64,000 nt of DNA from an uncultured archaeon (GCA_964480125.1 CAYZNV010000003.1:3201-67200), one strand, 5' to 3'. Positions 40,698 through 51,410 are shown, numbered from the stretch's first letter. Numbers and translations are program-made. The notes: a model not told the origin generated them from the letters alone.

Positions 40698-41420
40698 ATG
40701 CAACGCATTCCATCAGGGATCATCGGATTGGACGAGCTCATCGAAGGGGGTTTCCCGGAAGGAAGCTCCATCCTCATTAGCGGGGGACCTGGAGCCGGAA
40801 AGACAATCGCAGCGATGCAATTCATCTATGAGGGCGCACGCACGTACGGGGAACCAGGCCTGTATGTGACGCTCGAAAGCAACTTGAAAGACATCACGTG
40901 GAACATGCAACGATTCAATTGGGACATCAAATCCATGCAAGAAAAGAACCTCATGAAAATTTATCGATTGAATCTAGGAAACGTAAAGAACGGCGAAGCC
41001 ATGGAAGAACAGATCCAACGCGAGCTAGAGATCATCGCGCGCATGGTAGATAGCATTGGCGCCAAGCGCCTGGCCATTGACTCTACAACATCATTTGGAG
41101 TATGGATTCAAGACCAAGGAAGCCTGAGGCATATTTTGTTCGAGTTCGTGAATAAACTCAAAGACATTGGATGCACCACCGTGTTGACAAGCGAAGTCGC
41201 CAACGAAGACGCAGGAAAAAACAAATTCTCAGCGTTTGGAGTGGAAGAGTTTGTAGTGGACGGAGTTATCGCCCTTTATTTCGTCCCACCAAACCGAAGC
41301 ATCTTCATCCGAAAGCTGCGCGGAACCAATCACACGAAAGCCATTCACGCGTATGACATCACGGACAAAGGAATCGAAGTACGCCCACGCGATGAAATGC
41401 TCTGGAGCTCGTTGCGCTGA
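40698..41420 (+). CDS. KaiC/RAD55-family RecA-superfamily ATPase
   Basis: GGPGAGKT, AIDS, VEEFVVDGVI, KLRGT. Confidence 0.92.
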   Translation: MQRIPSGIIGLDELIEGGFPEGSSILISGGPGAGKTIAAMQFIYEGARTYGEPGLYVTLESNLKDITWNMQRFNWDIKSMQEKNLMKIYRLNLGNVKNGEAMEEQIQRELEIIARMVDSIGAKRLAIDSTTSFGVWIQDQGSLRHILFEFVNKLKDIGCTTVLTSEVANEDAGKNKFSAFGVEEFVVDGVIALYFVPPNRSIFIRKLRGTNHTKAIHAYDITDKGIEVRPRDEMLWSSLR

Positions 41421-41447
41421 TAAATTATTTGCAAGCAGAAAATGCAA

Positions 41448-42080
41448 TTATTTACTGATGGAATCCAAGAGCGGTTTTATTTCTTTAAGCACATCCTGAT
41501 GAACCTGTTCAATCGAGGCATTGGCATTAATGATGTGAAACTTTTCCTTTGGCAATAATTTTGGGAGAGTCGCATAATTGGCTTTCACGCGTTCCAAAAA
41601 ATCCTTTTTCTCAAAGGTATCCATCCCTTGCTTCCCGTGCGTGCGCTTGACACAATTGTCCACGCTCGCGTTGAAAATCAACACCAAATCAGGAATAGGA
41701 AAACCAGCATTGTCATCAATGGTTCGTGCAACCGGAATGCCTTGGGCTGCCTGGTATGCGATGGTGGAATACTTGTAGCGATCACAAATGATAATGGCCT
41801 TCTGCTCGAGCAAAGGGATGATTTGATTATCCACATGCTGCTCGCGATCCAACACAAACAATTCCAACAAACGTTCTTTATTTTCCTCAAAGGATTTCAT
41901 CTCACGCAATCGCTGCGAGAGCTCTAAACCATACTTTGATTTGGTGGGCTCACGCGTCAAAAGAATCGAATCGACAACCTTGTAATTGGAAAAAATCCAG
42001 TTCACGAGCAGCTGTGCCTGCGTGGTCTTACCGCAACCATCAATACCCTCACAGACAATAAACAATCCCTTCGAAACCAT
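41448..42080 (-). CDS. tmk: Thymidylate kinase
   Basis: EGIDGCGKTTQ, REP, DRY..STIAYQ. Confidence 0.95.
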   Translation of the reverse strand: MVSKGLFIVCEGIDGCGKTTQAQLLVNWIFSNYKVVDSILLTREPTKSKYGLELSQRLREMKSFEENKERLLELFVLDREQHVDNQIIPLLEQKAIIICDRYKYSTIAYQAAQGIPVARTIDDNAGFPIPDLVLIFNASVDNCVKRTHGKQGMDTFEKKDFLERVKANYATLPKLLPKEKFHIINANASIEQVHQDVLKEIKPLLDSISK

Positions 42081-42104
42081 TCCAACCAACTCCAAAAAAC
42101 ACGC

Positions 42105-42749
42105 CTAGCGCAATAATCCTAATGCAACCTTTGCTTGTTTTAAGGCTGACTGCGGAGAGCGATTCGCATCGATATAGAAGACCGGATAGCGCTGTGCAGC
42201 CCACTCCACTAATGGAAGGGTTTCTTTTGTGTAAACGCGATAACGCGCTTCAAGGACTTTCTTCGAGTCATCATTACGATGAAATAACTTTCCACCACAC
42301 GCATTGCAGATGCCTTTCTTTTTCGGGCGGAGCTGCAACCCATAAATGCGCTTGCACGATTGACATTGTGAACGCGAGCGAATCCGTTTCCAGCTCGTGG
42401 CCTTATCCGTCGAAAAAAGCAAGAATGCAGTAAATTCCAATCCACCTTTCTTCAAAGCTTTTTCCATATCTAGGGCCTGCGCAATATTACGTGGAGTCCC
42501 GTCCAACAACATATTTTTTTTTCTATTCTCACGATAAAAATTTTCTTCAAGGTTTTCAACCCACGCATTTGGGACAAGGCGACCAGATTTCAAGTAAGCG
42601 CGTATTTCATGCGCTCGCTTACTATTTCCTTTTGCCGCTTCACGCAATGCCTCTCCCGCAGAAAAAGATTTCCACCCCTCTTTTTCCACCAGCGATTGCG
42701 CCAGGGTTCCTTTTCCGGAAGCAGGGGGTCCAAGCAAAACAATAATCAT
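42105..42749 (-). CDS. adk: Adenylate kinase (zinc-lid type)
   Basis: GPPASGKGT, LDGTPR, CQSC..CNAC, RNDD. Confidence 0.92.
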   Translation of the reverse strand: MIIVLLGPPASGKGTLAQSLVEKEGWKSFSAGEALREAAKGNSKRAHEIRAYLKSGRLVPNAWVENLEENFYRENRKKNMLLDGTPRNIAQALDMEKALKKGGLEFTAFLLFSTDKATSWKRIRSRSQCQSCKRIYGLQLRPKKKGICNACGGKLFHRNDDSKKVLEARYRVYTKETLPLVEWAAQRYPVFYIDANRSPQSALKQAKVALGLLR

Positions 42750-42801
42750 ACTCCCACGAAAAAGTCAGACTTATTAAGCATGAATTAAGGAATGGCAGCG
42801 A

Positions 42802-43653
42802 TTATTTTTTCGACCCATTCACGCGAAGGACAGCACACATCTGGACTTTGCGCGGGGAAAATTGCAATACCTTTCGGATGTCCTCCACTTCCGCAGTTCC
42901 TTTGACTTTTTTCAATCCAAGCTGGAGCTTCTTCCACATCGCATGCAGGGGCTTTTTGTTGGAGACAAAGGCATAGCAGTGAATCCTTCCCCCGCGCGGA
43001 GAAAGACACTTTATGGCTTCGGAAAGGTATTTAGTGGCACTCTCAGGGGCGGGCATGATGACGTGATCGCATTGTCCAAGAATGTGCCCAACTTTTTTCA
43101 CGTCCGCGTGGATGGGAACGACAATATCCTGGACTTTGTTCTTGCGCACATTCATTTCAAGCCAGGGAATCGCATCAGGATTCCACTCAATCGCAAACAC
43201 GCGCGCGGGTTTGGCATGCTTCGCCAGCGTCACCGCATATGGACCCACGCCCGCGAAAAAGACCGCGACGGTCTCGCCCTTCTTCACATAAGAAGCGATG
43301 CGCTGGCGTTCCGTGCCTAAGCGAGGAGAAAAGAAAACCTTTCCCGGCATCAACTCAAAATCACAATTCCATTCCTTGTATGAAGTGGATGAAATCTTTT
43401 TGCCCGCAATGAAGCGAACTTTTTCCAGGCGAAACTTTCCCTCGTGCTCGCCTACTTTCTCATACACGGATTCCACATTCTTCACGGCGTGCATCAAAGC
43501 CGAAGCAATTTTCTTCTTCTTTTTCTGGAGTTTTTTGGGAATCTCAATGAGGGCCAGCTTCCCCAACACATCAAAAGCAAAAATAGCCTCTTGCATTTCC
43601 GCAGGAGAAAGGAACTGCGACATCAACTCGCGGAACGAAGGCGCGTGCGTCAT
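42802..43653 (-). CDS. Trm5/Taw2-family tRNA methyltransferase
   Basis: FDVLG, VFFSPRLGTER, FAGVGPY. Confidence 0.88.
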   Translation of the reverse strand: MTHAPSFRELMSQFLSPAEMQEAIFAFDVLGKLALIEIPKKLQKKKKKIASALMHAVKNVESVYEKVGEHEGKFRLEKVRFIAGKKISSTSYKEWNCDFELMPGKVFFSPRLGTERQRIASYVKKGETVAVFFAGVGPYAVTLAKHAKPARVFAIEWNPDAIPWLEMNVRKNKVQDIVVPIHADVKKVGHILGQCDHVIMPAPESATKYLSEAIKCLSPRGGRIHCYAFVSNKKPLHAMWKKLQLGLKKVKGTAEVEDIRKVLQFSPRKVQMCAVLRVNGSKK

Positions 43654-43706
43654 ATCATCACACAATCGGGATTTTCCTTATAAGGCTCTGCCTCAATAGA
43701 AAGAAT

Positions 43707-44570
43707 ATGGCATTTGATATTGGAACATTCATCCAAGAACATTTCATCCAAACCATGCTCGACCCCACAGTGCCGGGATACAATCCGGTGAATACGATTG
43801 CGTATGGGCTCATTTTGCTGGGAATTGCATTCTATCTCATCTATCCATTCCTCAACAAGCGCGGGATCAAATTTGATTTCGCTTTTTTACAGATGCTATT
43901 CCCCTACATCATTTTCGGAAGCAGCCTGCGCGTGTTGGAGGATCAACAGTTGCTCGTGCGTAGTGCAAACCCACTCGAATTCGGATTCTATCTCTTCACC
44001 CCAGGAATATGGTTTCTCACATTTGCATTCGTTGCGATTGGAATGATCATCGCATGGTTCGCGGAAAAGAAATTCAATCACCATTTTCACACCATCGCAA
44101 CACTCTTCGGCGCGCTCATTGCCATTCCATTAGTAATATTCAATCTCTTACAGTTCACCGAGTGGCCTGCATTCATCGCCATCATTGCGCTCGCGAGCAT
44201 CCTTTCATACGGCGTATTTTGGATTGGAAAGAAAAAGCAATGGAAATTCTTGGAGCAACCACTCGCAAAGGCGGCATTCTTCGGACAGCTATTGGATGCA
44301 TCCGCGACATTTATTGCGTTGCAATTCTTTTCCTGCGGCGAACAACACTTTCTCCCGCGCTTACTCTTTGGAGCATTTGGTCCTGTTTCGTTCTTCTTCG
44401 TGAAGATTCCGTTGATGTTGTTGGTGCTGCATTACATCCACAAAGAATTCACCACGGATGAAAAAGCCGACAAGAATTTGCTGGGATTCATCCTCTTATT
44501 CCTGGCTATTTTGGGATTCGCAACGGGATTAAGGGATCTACTTACGGTGGCCGTTGGAACGTGCAATTAG
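43707..44570 (+). CDS. DUF63 family membrane protein
   Basis: GYNPVNT, LRVLED, TPGI, LDASAT, EQH, GLRD. Confidence 0.88.
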   Translation: MAFDIGTFIQEHFIQTMLDPTVPGYNPVNTIAYGLILLGIAFYLIYPFLNKRGIKFDFAFLQMLFPYIIFGSSLRVLEDQQLLVRSANPLEFGFYLFTPGIWFLTFAFVAIGMIIAWFAEKKFNHHFHTIATLFGALIAIPLVIFNLLQFTEWPAFIAIIALASILSYGVFWIGKKKQWKFLEQPLAKAAFFGQLLDASATFIALQFFSCGEQHFLPRLLFGAFGPVSFFFVKIPLMLLVLHYIHKEFTTDEKADKNLLGFILLFLAILGFATGLRDLLTVAVGTCN

Positions 44571-44607
44571 GGCATATTTAATAGGCCATTTCCGCGAGTG
44601 ATGTCAT

Positions 44608-45366
44608 ATGTTTCGCCTCATTGGGATTGGATTGAACCCCCGACAGCTCACGCTCGAAGCCCTGCATGCCATCCAGGCCAGCGATAAAGTGTATGTGGAA
44701 AATTACACCTCCAAGTTCGCCGAAGGAGACATCCAAAAATTAGAAACCATTATCCAAAAACCCATTCACATGCTCCAGCGCAAGGACGTGGAGGATTATT
44801 CAGAGTCTTTTTTGAACGAAGCGCGGACGCATTCCATTGCACTGCTTATTTTCGGAAACCCTCTCACTGCCACAACGCACATTTCATTATTGGAATACTG
44901 CAAGCAAGAAAAAATATCCTATGAAGTCATCCCGGGTATTTCCATCTTCAATTATCGCGGAATATGTGGGTTGGACGAATATCGTTTTGGACGCACCACT
45001 ACGTTTGTTTTTCCACGCGAAGGAGACGAGCCGCTTTCTCCATTTGATGTGATCGTAAAAAACAAATCCATGGGACTGCATACGCACTGCTTGTTCGATT
45101 TGCACCCCGACGCACAGCGATTCATGAGCGTGGATGAAGCGATTGGATTCATTCGAAGAGCCGCACAAGCACGCGAGATTTCAACGCATGATTGGATTGG
45201 AGTGGGATTAGGAGGAATGGGAAATAGCAAGCAACTCGTACGCGCGGGAAAACTAGATTTTTTGGAGAAACAAATATGGAATATTTTCCCGCAGAGCCTC
45301 ATCATTTGCGGCACGTTGCAGGAGTATGAGCATGAAGCGCTGCAAAAATTAGGAGGAATGAAATGA
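44608..45366 (+). CDS. dph5: Diphthine synthase
   Basis: LIGIGL, ENYTS, GNPLTATTH, YRFGRTTT, GLHT. Confidence 0.93.
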   Translation: MFRLIGIGLNPRQLTLEALHAIQASDKVYVENYTSKFAEGDIQKLETIIQKPIHMLQRKDVEDYSESFLNEARTHSIALLIFGNPLTATTHISLLEYCKQEKISYEVIPGISIFNYRGICGLDEYRFGRTTTFVFPREGDEPLSPFDVIVKNKSMGLHTHCLFDLHPDAQRFMSVDEAIGFIRRAAQAREISTHDWIGVGLGGMGNSKQLVRAGKLDFLEKQIWNIFPQSLIICGTLQEYEHEALQKLGGMK

Positions 45367-45710
45367 TGGCGAAAAAAATAACCAAGAAAACAAAAATAAC
45401 AAAATCCAACGCAAACCAAAGCCTTGAACGCGCGCTCGAAACGAAAGTGGCACGCTATGAATCGCTCACAAAAAAGGGATTAGAAAAAATCTCTATTCTC
45501 GCGCGGAAGGGGAGCAAAGAATATGCGATTGCGCTGGATTTTATCTCCATGGCACAAAATTATTTCAATGACGCCAAACACTTCCGAGCACACGGGGAAA
45601 TGCTTATTTCACTCGCGGCTTTCTCGTACGCCCACGCATGGTTAGACGCAGGCGTGCGCGCGGGACTCTTCGATGGAAAGGGCGACGACCAATTATTCAC
45701 ATTGCCATGA
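45363..45710 (+). CDS. DUF357 family protein
   Basis: MAQNYFNDAKHF, YAHAWLDAG. Confidence 0.9.
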   Translation: MMAKKITKKTKITKSNANQSLERALETKVARYESLTKKGLEKISILARKGSKEYAIALDFISMAQNYFNDAKHFRAHGEMLISLAAFSYAHAWLDAGVRAGLFDGKGDDQLFTLP

Positions 45711-45723
45711 ACGACGAGGGAAT

Positions 45724-46206
45724 ATGATGCGCATTGCAGAAGGAAATGAGGAAGTTGAGTGTAAAAACTACTTGTTAATCGCGGCCCAACATGCCGAAAA
45801 ATCCGATTGTTTTCAATCAGCGCGAGGAAGTATTATCGTTAAGGAGAACGAGATAATCGGAACGGGATACAATGCATTTCCAGCTGGAAAAAGAGATGAT
45901 AGTTGTAAAATGAACCAACTAGAAAAAAACTTCAAATCTGATCGAAGTTGTTGTGTTCATGCAGAACAACGTGCAATCATGCAAGCGCTTATGAATGAAC
46001 CAAAAAAGCTCATTGGTTCACGCATCTACTACGTTCGATTAGGAGAGAATAAAGAACCTGTTTTTTCTCGTCAACCATCTTGTACCGTTTGCAGTAAAAT
46101 GGCATTAGATGCTGGGATTGCTGAATTTGTGTTATGGCACAAAGAAGGAATTACAATTTATACTACTGAAGAGTATAATCGTTTATCCTTCGCGTACAGT
46201 GAGTAG
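45724..46206 (+). CDS. dCMP deaminase-like zinc deaminase
   Basis: TGYN, HAEQ, SCTVC. Confidence 0.85.
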   Translation: MMRIAEGNEEVECKNYLLIAAQHAEKSDCFQSARGSIIVKENEIIGTGYNAFPAGKRDDSCKMNQLEKNFKSDRSCCVHAEQRAIMQALMNEPKKLIGSRIYYVRLGENKEPVFSRQPSCTVCSKMALDAGIAEFVLWHKEGITIYTTEEYNRLSFAYSE

Positions 46207-46212
46207 TTACGT

Positions 46213-46815
46213 CTAAGGCGAAATAATTCCAAGATCAACAAGAAATTCCTTGGCTTCGTATAGAACTTTCTCTTTCGATTTTCCCCCAACTTCAATAATG
46301 TGAGTGGCATATTGTTTAGTTGGTTCAATATACTGGTGGTGCATGGGCAATAATATTTTCTCAATATAAACTGGATCAATAAATTTTGTTCGGCGGCGTA
46401 CGCGCAACTCATCCGGCAGATCAAGAAAAATACTACTATGCAGCTTGCTGCGCACATGCTTATCCCATAATGCCAAATAGCCTTCGAGGAGCATTATTCT
46501 CTTGGGAGCTATCATAAAACTAATGCGTCCTTTTTCTTTATACTCTGGATTAAATCGCTCACTTTTTGTTTGAACATTAATTGTTTCCCCTTTTTCTAGC
46601 GCATTAATATCCTCCAGTAATCGAGTAAAGTTAATTGCAGCTGGGTCATCCCAATTGGGCAAACCATCAACCATAGAAAGCTCTTCACGTTTGCGCTGAT
46701 AGTCATCCAATTGCAGTAGCCCAATGTCATTTGGAAACATATCCATTAACCCAAAGCCAAGGGTAGATTTTCCTGAGCCGCTTCCACCGGCGATTCCAAC
46801 AAAAATAGGTTTCAT
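46213..46815 (-). CDS. udk: Uridine kinase
   Basis: GIAGGSGSGKST, DDY, NWDDP, LEG, YIEPTK. Confidence 0.88.
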   Translation of the reverse strand: MKPIFVGIAGGSGSGKSTLGFGLMDMFPNDIGLLQLDDYQRKREELSMVDGLPNWDDPAAINFTRLLEDINALEKGETINVQTKSERFNPEYKEKGRISFMIAPKRIMLLEGYLALWDKHVRSKLHSSIFLDLPDELRVRRRTKFIDPVYIEKILLPMHHQYIEPTKQYATHIIEVGGKSKEKVLYEAKEFLVDLGIISP

Positions 46816-46907
46816 AGTAGAGTTATATCCGTGAGGAAATATATTTATCGCATAGTTATTACGTTTCCGAAAGACCAACTTAAAAACCCCAAATCCATTC
46901 ATGCGAT

Positions 46908-47369
46908 ATGAAAGTCTACAAACGCAACCCCCTCGACATGGATTTGGGAGGAATCGAAGGGCTCCTACTCCCTGCGTTGGGTGTGCTCGTCGTATTATTT
47001 TTGGCCTTCCTGCTTATCGGGGGAACCAATGCAAATGTGCTTTCCGCGCGACTAGTGCAGAATCCCTTATCGCTTTCCGCGAATGATTCCACCATTCTGC
47101 AGGTGCACGTGTACAACCCCACTGCACAAATGGCCCAAGACATGGTCGTGCAAGTGAACGCCCCCAGCGCACCATTGCTATCCATTTCCCCAAAAAGACA
47201 AACCATCCCCTTCCTTGGAGGAGACGAAACACGCACGCTCGAATTCCTGGTGTTGCCCGTGGATGCGAGTGGAAACCCATTCACGCCCGGAAGCTACGTC
47301 ATCACAATCTCCACGCAACTCAATGGAAAACCCTATGACACGCAAGTGCAAGTCAACGTGGTAAAGTGA
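46908..47369 (+). CDS. Membrane-anchored Ig-like domain protein
   Basis: N-terminal TM then beta-rich domain. Confidence 0.65.
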   Translation: MKVYKRNPLDMDLGGIEGLLLPALGVLVVLFLAFLLIGGTNANVLSARLVQNPLSLSANDSTILQVHVYNPTAQMAQDMVVQVNAPSAPLLSISPKRQTIPFLGGDETRTLEFLVLPVDASGNPFTPGSYVITISTQLNGKPYDTQVQVNVVK

Positions 47370-47372
47370 GTC

Positions 47373-48647
47373 ATGAAAAAGATACATGTTTCTGGACCCG
47401 TTACGGGCAAGTCATTTTTTCCAAGTTTACAGGGATCCAAAAACGCCGCCCTCCCAATCATTGCAGCTGCTGCCATGTGCAAGAAAATAATTACACTCTC
47501 CAATATCCCACTGCTCGATGATGTTGAAAATCTCATTGCAGTCCTCCAATTCATCGGAGTAAAAATTAAACGTATCAGCACGCACTCGCTGCAAATTGAT
47601 GGTTCAACCATCAAAAAGTGGAAACTCCCTTCGCATCTAACAAAACAATCACGGGGGTCGATGTATGGATTAATCCCGGCATTATCTACATTCAACAAAT
47701 GCAAATTGGGGGTCACTGGCGGAGACGCATTTAATCGTTCATTCGTACTCCAAGAAAGAGTATTGCATGCTTTTGGATTTGCTTGTAAGTACCAAAAGAA
47801 CGGAATTGCCATCAATGGCACAATAAAGCCAGCTCACTTTAGGATCGGCGGAAAAGGAATCATCTCTAATTCAATGGCAGTAATACTATCATCCATGTGT
47901 GAGAAAAAAAGCACCATTGAAGAAATAGACTTTGAGCCAGAGGTCGAAGCAGTAATCGCTTTCATGCAAAGACTAGGGGTTAAAATCAAACGAAGGCGGC
48001 ACGCAATAACTATTACTCCACCAAAGTCCTTCAGGTCCATTCATTTTCAAGTCCCCTCTGATCGGATTCAGGCACAAACATGGGTGCTGATTGGAATTGC
48101 AACACATACAGCCATCTCAATCCCTTCTTCGATGCTTGCAAATTTTGGCGCTTTTACGGAATGCATCAAAGAGATGGGGGTGAAAGTGCAATCCAGCAAA
48201 AAACACACCCGATTTATCCCACCGAAGAAGCTCTTGCCCGCGCGCTTCACCACCAATCGTTTCCCTGCCATCCACTCCGATATCGTGCCTATTTTTGTTG
48301 CCCTACTCACACAATCCCACGGAAATTCATCCATTCGTGAGAGCTATCCCATTAATCGTTTTGCCTATGTCCCTGCGCTAAAACAAATGGGTGCAGTCAT
48401 CAGCCACACAAAAGACACCATTCAAGTTATGGGGCCCACCCCGATTGCTGGAAAAATAATCACGGAAAACATGGGCATTCGTGAAACGATGGCCGTCATC
48501 CTGGCAGGATTAATCGGATCAGGCAAAACCACAATTCAAAATGGACAGGCGATTTTGCGTGGATACGAGTGGCAGTTCATGAATGAGATCAATCGGCTTG
48601 CAAAAGGACAAGTAATCCAACTTGATGGTTTTGACCGCCTCCAATAA
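47373..48647 (+). CDS. murA: MurA-like enolpyruvyl transferase
   Basis: GSKNAALP, EPEV, DRI, NRF, RGYE; Asp at the Cys115 position. Confidence 0.85.
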   Translation: MKKIHVSGPVTGKSFFPSLQGSKNAALPIIAAAAMCKKIITLSNIPLLDDVENLIAVLQFIGVKIKRISTHSLQIDGSTIKKWKLPSHLTKQSRGSMYGLIPALSTFNKCKLGVTGGDAFNRSFVLQERVLHAFGFACKYQKNGIAINGTIKPAHFRIGGKGIISNSMAVILSSMCEKKSTIEEIDFEPEVEAVIAFMQRLGVKIKRRRHAITITPPKSFRSIHFQVPSDRIQAQTWVLIGIATHTAISIPSSMLANFGAFTECIKEMGVKVQSSKKHTRFIPPKKLLPARFTTNRFPAIHSDIVPIFVALLTQSHGNSSIRESYPINRFAYVPALKQMGAVISHTKDTIQVMGPTPIAGKIITENMGIRETMAVILAGLIGSGKTTIQNGQAILRGYEWQFMNEINRLAKGQVIQLDGFDRLQ

Positions 48648-48671
48648 AAAGCCCTTTTTGGTCCCATCAAC

Positions 48672-49745
48672 ATGACCAGCAATTTTGTCCCACAACTATT
48701 CCAAGAAGAATTCTTTGAACAGAATAAAATAGACTCGCTCTATATCGTTTCGAATGAACAGTTAGTGGATCCCCTCCTGTGCAAGCTTACGGGAATCACC
48801 CAACTCAATTTTGGATATCGTTTTTTACAAACTGCAGAAAAAAATCTCCTCTTATGCAGCCCGCTTGAAGCCCGCAGCGTGGGAAAGCAATACCGAGGAA
48901 GGATGAAAATTATCCGCTCGCACAAGGACATCTACAAAAACCTCCATGCGTTCTTCGACAAGAAGCGCGTGGGGTTGAATCATGCATATATGACGGCGGG
49001 GCAACTCCTCGCACTCAAAGAAAAATTCCCCAAAACAAAATTCATCGACGTCAGTAATGCCCTCTATCAATCGCGCGGGATCAAGACAAAAGAAGAAATC
49101 AAAAAAATAAGCGAGGCCGCGCACATCTCGCAAGAAGTATCTCACCAATTCCCAGAGTGGGTGCACAAAAACATTACCGAACAGCAATTAATGGCACGCA
49201 TCAATTATGAATTCGCCCGCAACGCATGCGAGGAAGCATTTCCCACACTGGTTTGTTTTGGAGACAATGCGCGAGACATCCATCACTTCGTTTCCAATAA
49301 AAAATTAAAGAAAAATGAGACAATCCTCATTGATTTCGGGGCGAAGCATGAGGGATATTGCTCTGATCTTTCTCGCACGATGCACTTCGGAAAAGCCAGC
49401 GAGGGAAAGCACGCATTCTATGCAAAAACATTTGAGGCACAAGAAGCAGGAATTGCTGAATTAGTCCCCGGAAACCCTTCAAAGAAAGCCCACCTTGCAG
49501 CGGAAAAAGTGTTGGGGCACAAAATCCCTCATGGGCTAGGGCATGGCGTGGGATTGGAGACGCATGATTCCCCGGGTGTTATTTCTCCCTACCAAGAATG
49601 GAAAGTTTCCCCCGGAATGGTGTTGGCCGTGGAGCCAGGATATTATGGCAGTAGCGGGGGAATACGCATCGAAGACAACATCGTCATCACGCACGGTGGA
49701 AACAAACGCCTGAGCAAAGCACCGAAACACCTGATCGAGGTTTAG
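48672..49745 (+). CDS. Xaa-Pro peptidase (M24B)
   Basis: IDFG, SDLSRT, HGLGHGVG, EPG, RIED. Confidence 0.95.
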   Translation: MTSNFVPQLFQEEFFEQNKIDSLYIVSNEQLVDPLLCKLTGITQLNFGYRFLQTAEKNLLLCSPLEARSVGKQYRGRMKIIRSHKDIYKNLHAFFDKKRVGLNHAYMTAGQLLALKEKFPKTKFIDVSNALYQSRGIKTKEEIKKISEAAHISQEVSHQFPEWVHKNITEQQLMARINYEFARNACEEAFPTLVCFGDNARDIHHFVSNKKLKKNETILIDFGAKHEGYCSDLSRTMHFGKASEGKHAFYAKTFEAQEAGIAELVPGNPSKKAHLAAEKVLGHKIPHGLGHGVGLETHDSPGVISPYQEWKVSPGMVLAVEPGYYGSSGGIRIEDNIVITHGGNKRLSKAPKHLIEV

Positions 49746-49748
49746 GCC

Positions 49749-50564
49749 GTGCCCACTCCATCAAGAAGACGTGCAGAAAGTGAACGGCTACGTCGTGTGA
49801 AATGGAATATGAAAATCAGCCCTGGAGTGGTCAATCCGAATGATCTGCACGGAAGTAGTGCGACCCACCATGGACACCATCACTCGGCATCATACAAAGC
49901 CTATCATTTCATGCCGTTTTTGGTTGGATTAGATATGTATCGAAAACTGGGAAGGGTAATACTGGATGTAGGTAGCGGCAGCATGCGCATCACCGATTCC
50001 CATGGGCACAATCGCTTGCGTGCATACTATCCAACCGAAGGGAAAAAAATCATTCGCGTCGACTTGGCATTCAAAAAACGCAGCCAAATCGATGCGGGAA
50101 TGCTGGAAGTCCGAGCCGACATCGAAAATACGGCATTGAACACGCCCGAACAAAAAAAGCGATTTCTGGCCATCGCCAAGTTCCTCGAAATTGATCCACG
50201 CGAGAAAAAACCACATGTCGATACGTTGCTGTTATCAGATGTGTTGAATTATGTCAATTATCGCAGAGCCATCCTCGGATTGCTTCGATTCGTGAAACCG
50301 GGTGGAAGAATTATCATCTATAATCGCCCCGAGCACGGATTTTCAACTTTGTATTCAGAAAAACGACCAAGAGATAATGCGACCCTCATCCGTTCCCTCA
50401 AGCGCATGGGGCTCGAACTGGATTATGTCCACTATGAAACCCCTGAAGAAGCCGAGGAAATAATCGGGATTCGAGCCCGTCGAGGCATTCAAGGCAGGGG
50501 ATATGTCCCAGATGACAAAGAAAAACGCACCATTATCATCGTCGCACGCAAGAAAGCGCAGTGA
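49749..50564 (+). CDS. Class I methyltransferase-like protein with Arg-rich N-terminus
   Basis: MPTPSRRR.. start; ILDVGSG, DVLNY, VKPGG. Confidence 0.75.
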   Translation: MPTPSRRRAESERLRRVKWNMKISPGVVNPNDLHGSSATHHGHHHSASYKAYHFMPFLVGLDMYRKLGRVILDVGSGSMRITDSHGHNRLRAYYPTEGKKIIRVDLAFKKRSQIDAGMLEVRADIENTALNTPEQKKRFLAIAKFLEIDPREKKPHVDTLLLSDVLNYVNYRRAILGLLRFVKPGGRIIIYNRPEHGFSTLYSEKRPRDNATLIRSLKRMGLELDYVHYETPEEAEEIIGIRARRGIQGRGYVPDDKEKRTIIIVARKKAQ

Positions 50565-50618
50565 GTGTCTTGCGGGGGACAATTCCAAATATAAGTCTGC
50601 GCGCACCCATCATACCAC

Positions 50619-51401
50619 ATGGAACTCGAACAAGCCAAGGAAGCGCTCGATCGCGCGCTGGCGAGGAAGGACTTGATCATGTTGATTGGGGATTGCCGCG
50701 TGCAATACCATGGACGCGCCGCGAGCAATCTCCCCACAGGATCGCGCTTGCTCCTGATTAAGGGGGATGGAAGTTTTGCCATCCACCAAAACAAGCTACT
50801 ACGACCTACTAATTATTTGATGGCCAATTCATGGTCTACGAAAATGGATGAAGGAAAACTCGTGATTGCGGCGACGAAGCGCGCTCCGAAAGAATCGCTT
50901 ACGGTGACGCTGGAAAAAGTAGAGATGCTCAATTTGCACACCATGGAAGACAAAAAAAGCGATTTCAAATTAGTGGGAAGCGAACGCGAACTCAGCAATC
51001 AATTGATGGATGATTTAGAGGTATTGGAGAAAGGACTAAAACCCCTCAAGCAGGAATCCCACCTGCGCAAGGGAATGATTGATATTTTGGCGGAGGATAA
51101 GGATGGGAATCTTGTCGTGATTGAACTCAAACGAAGGCAAGCCGATTATGATTCCGTCATGCAACTGCATCGCTACGTGCCCGAAGTCAAGAAGACAAAA
51201 GGAAGAACCATTTTAGTCGCACCCGAAATACGCAAGACCGCAATGGAGTTGCTCAAGAACAATGGATTGGAATACCGCTCATACCAATTTGATGTCACAC
51301 AACCCAAAGCAACGATTGCAGGAATTGAAAAGAAACAGAAAACCATTTTCGAAGCGTTTGATGAAAATACGGTTGTAAAAAAGAAAGAAATAAAAAAATA
51401 A
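50619..51401 (+). CDS. nucS: Endonuclease NucS/EndoMS
   Basis: YHGRA, IKGDGS..IH, IDIL, IELKR, QLHRY. Confidence 0.95.
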   Translation: MELEQAKEALDRALARKDLIMLIGDCRVQYHGRAASNLPTGSRLLLIKGDGSFAIHQNKLLRPTNYLMANSWSTKMDEGKLVIAATKRAPKESLTVTLEKVEMLNLHTMEDKKSDFKLVGSERELSNQLMDDLEVLEKGLKPLKQESHLRKGMIDILAEDKDGNLVVIELKRRQADYDSVMQLHRYVPEVKKTKGRTILVAPEIRKTAMELLKNNGLEYRSYQFDVTQPKATIAGIEKKQKTIFEAFDENTVVKKKEIKK

Positions 51402-51410
51402 AAGAAAAAT

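Noticed and set aside
40698..41420. Circadian KaiC system
   Set aside because: Single-domain archaeal RecA-superfamily ATPase with no kaiA/kaiB nearby
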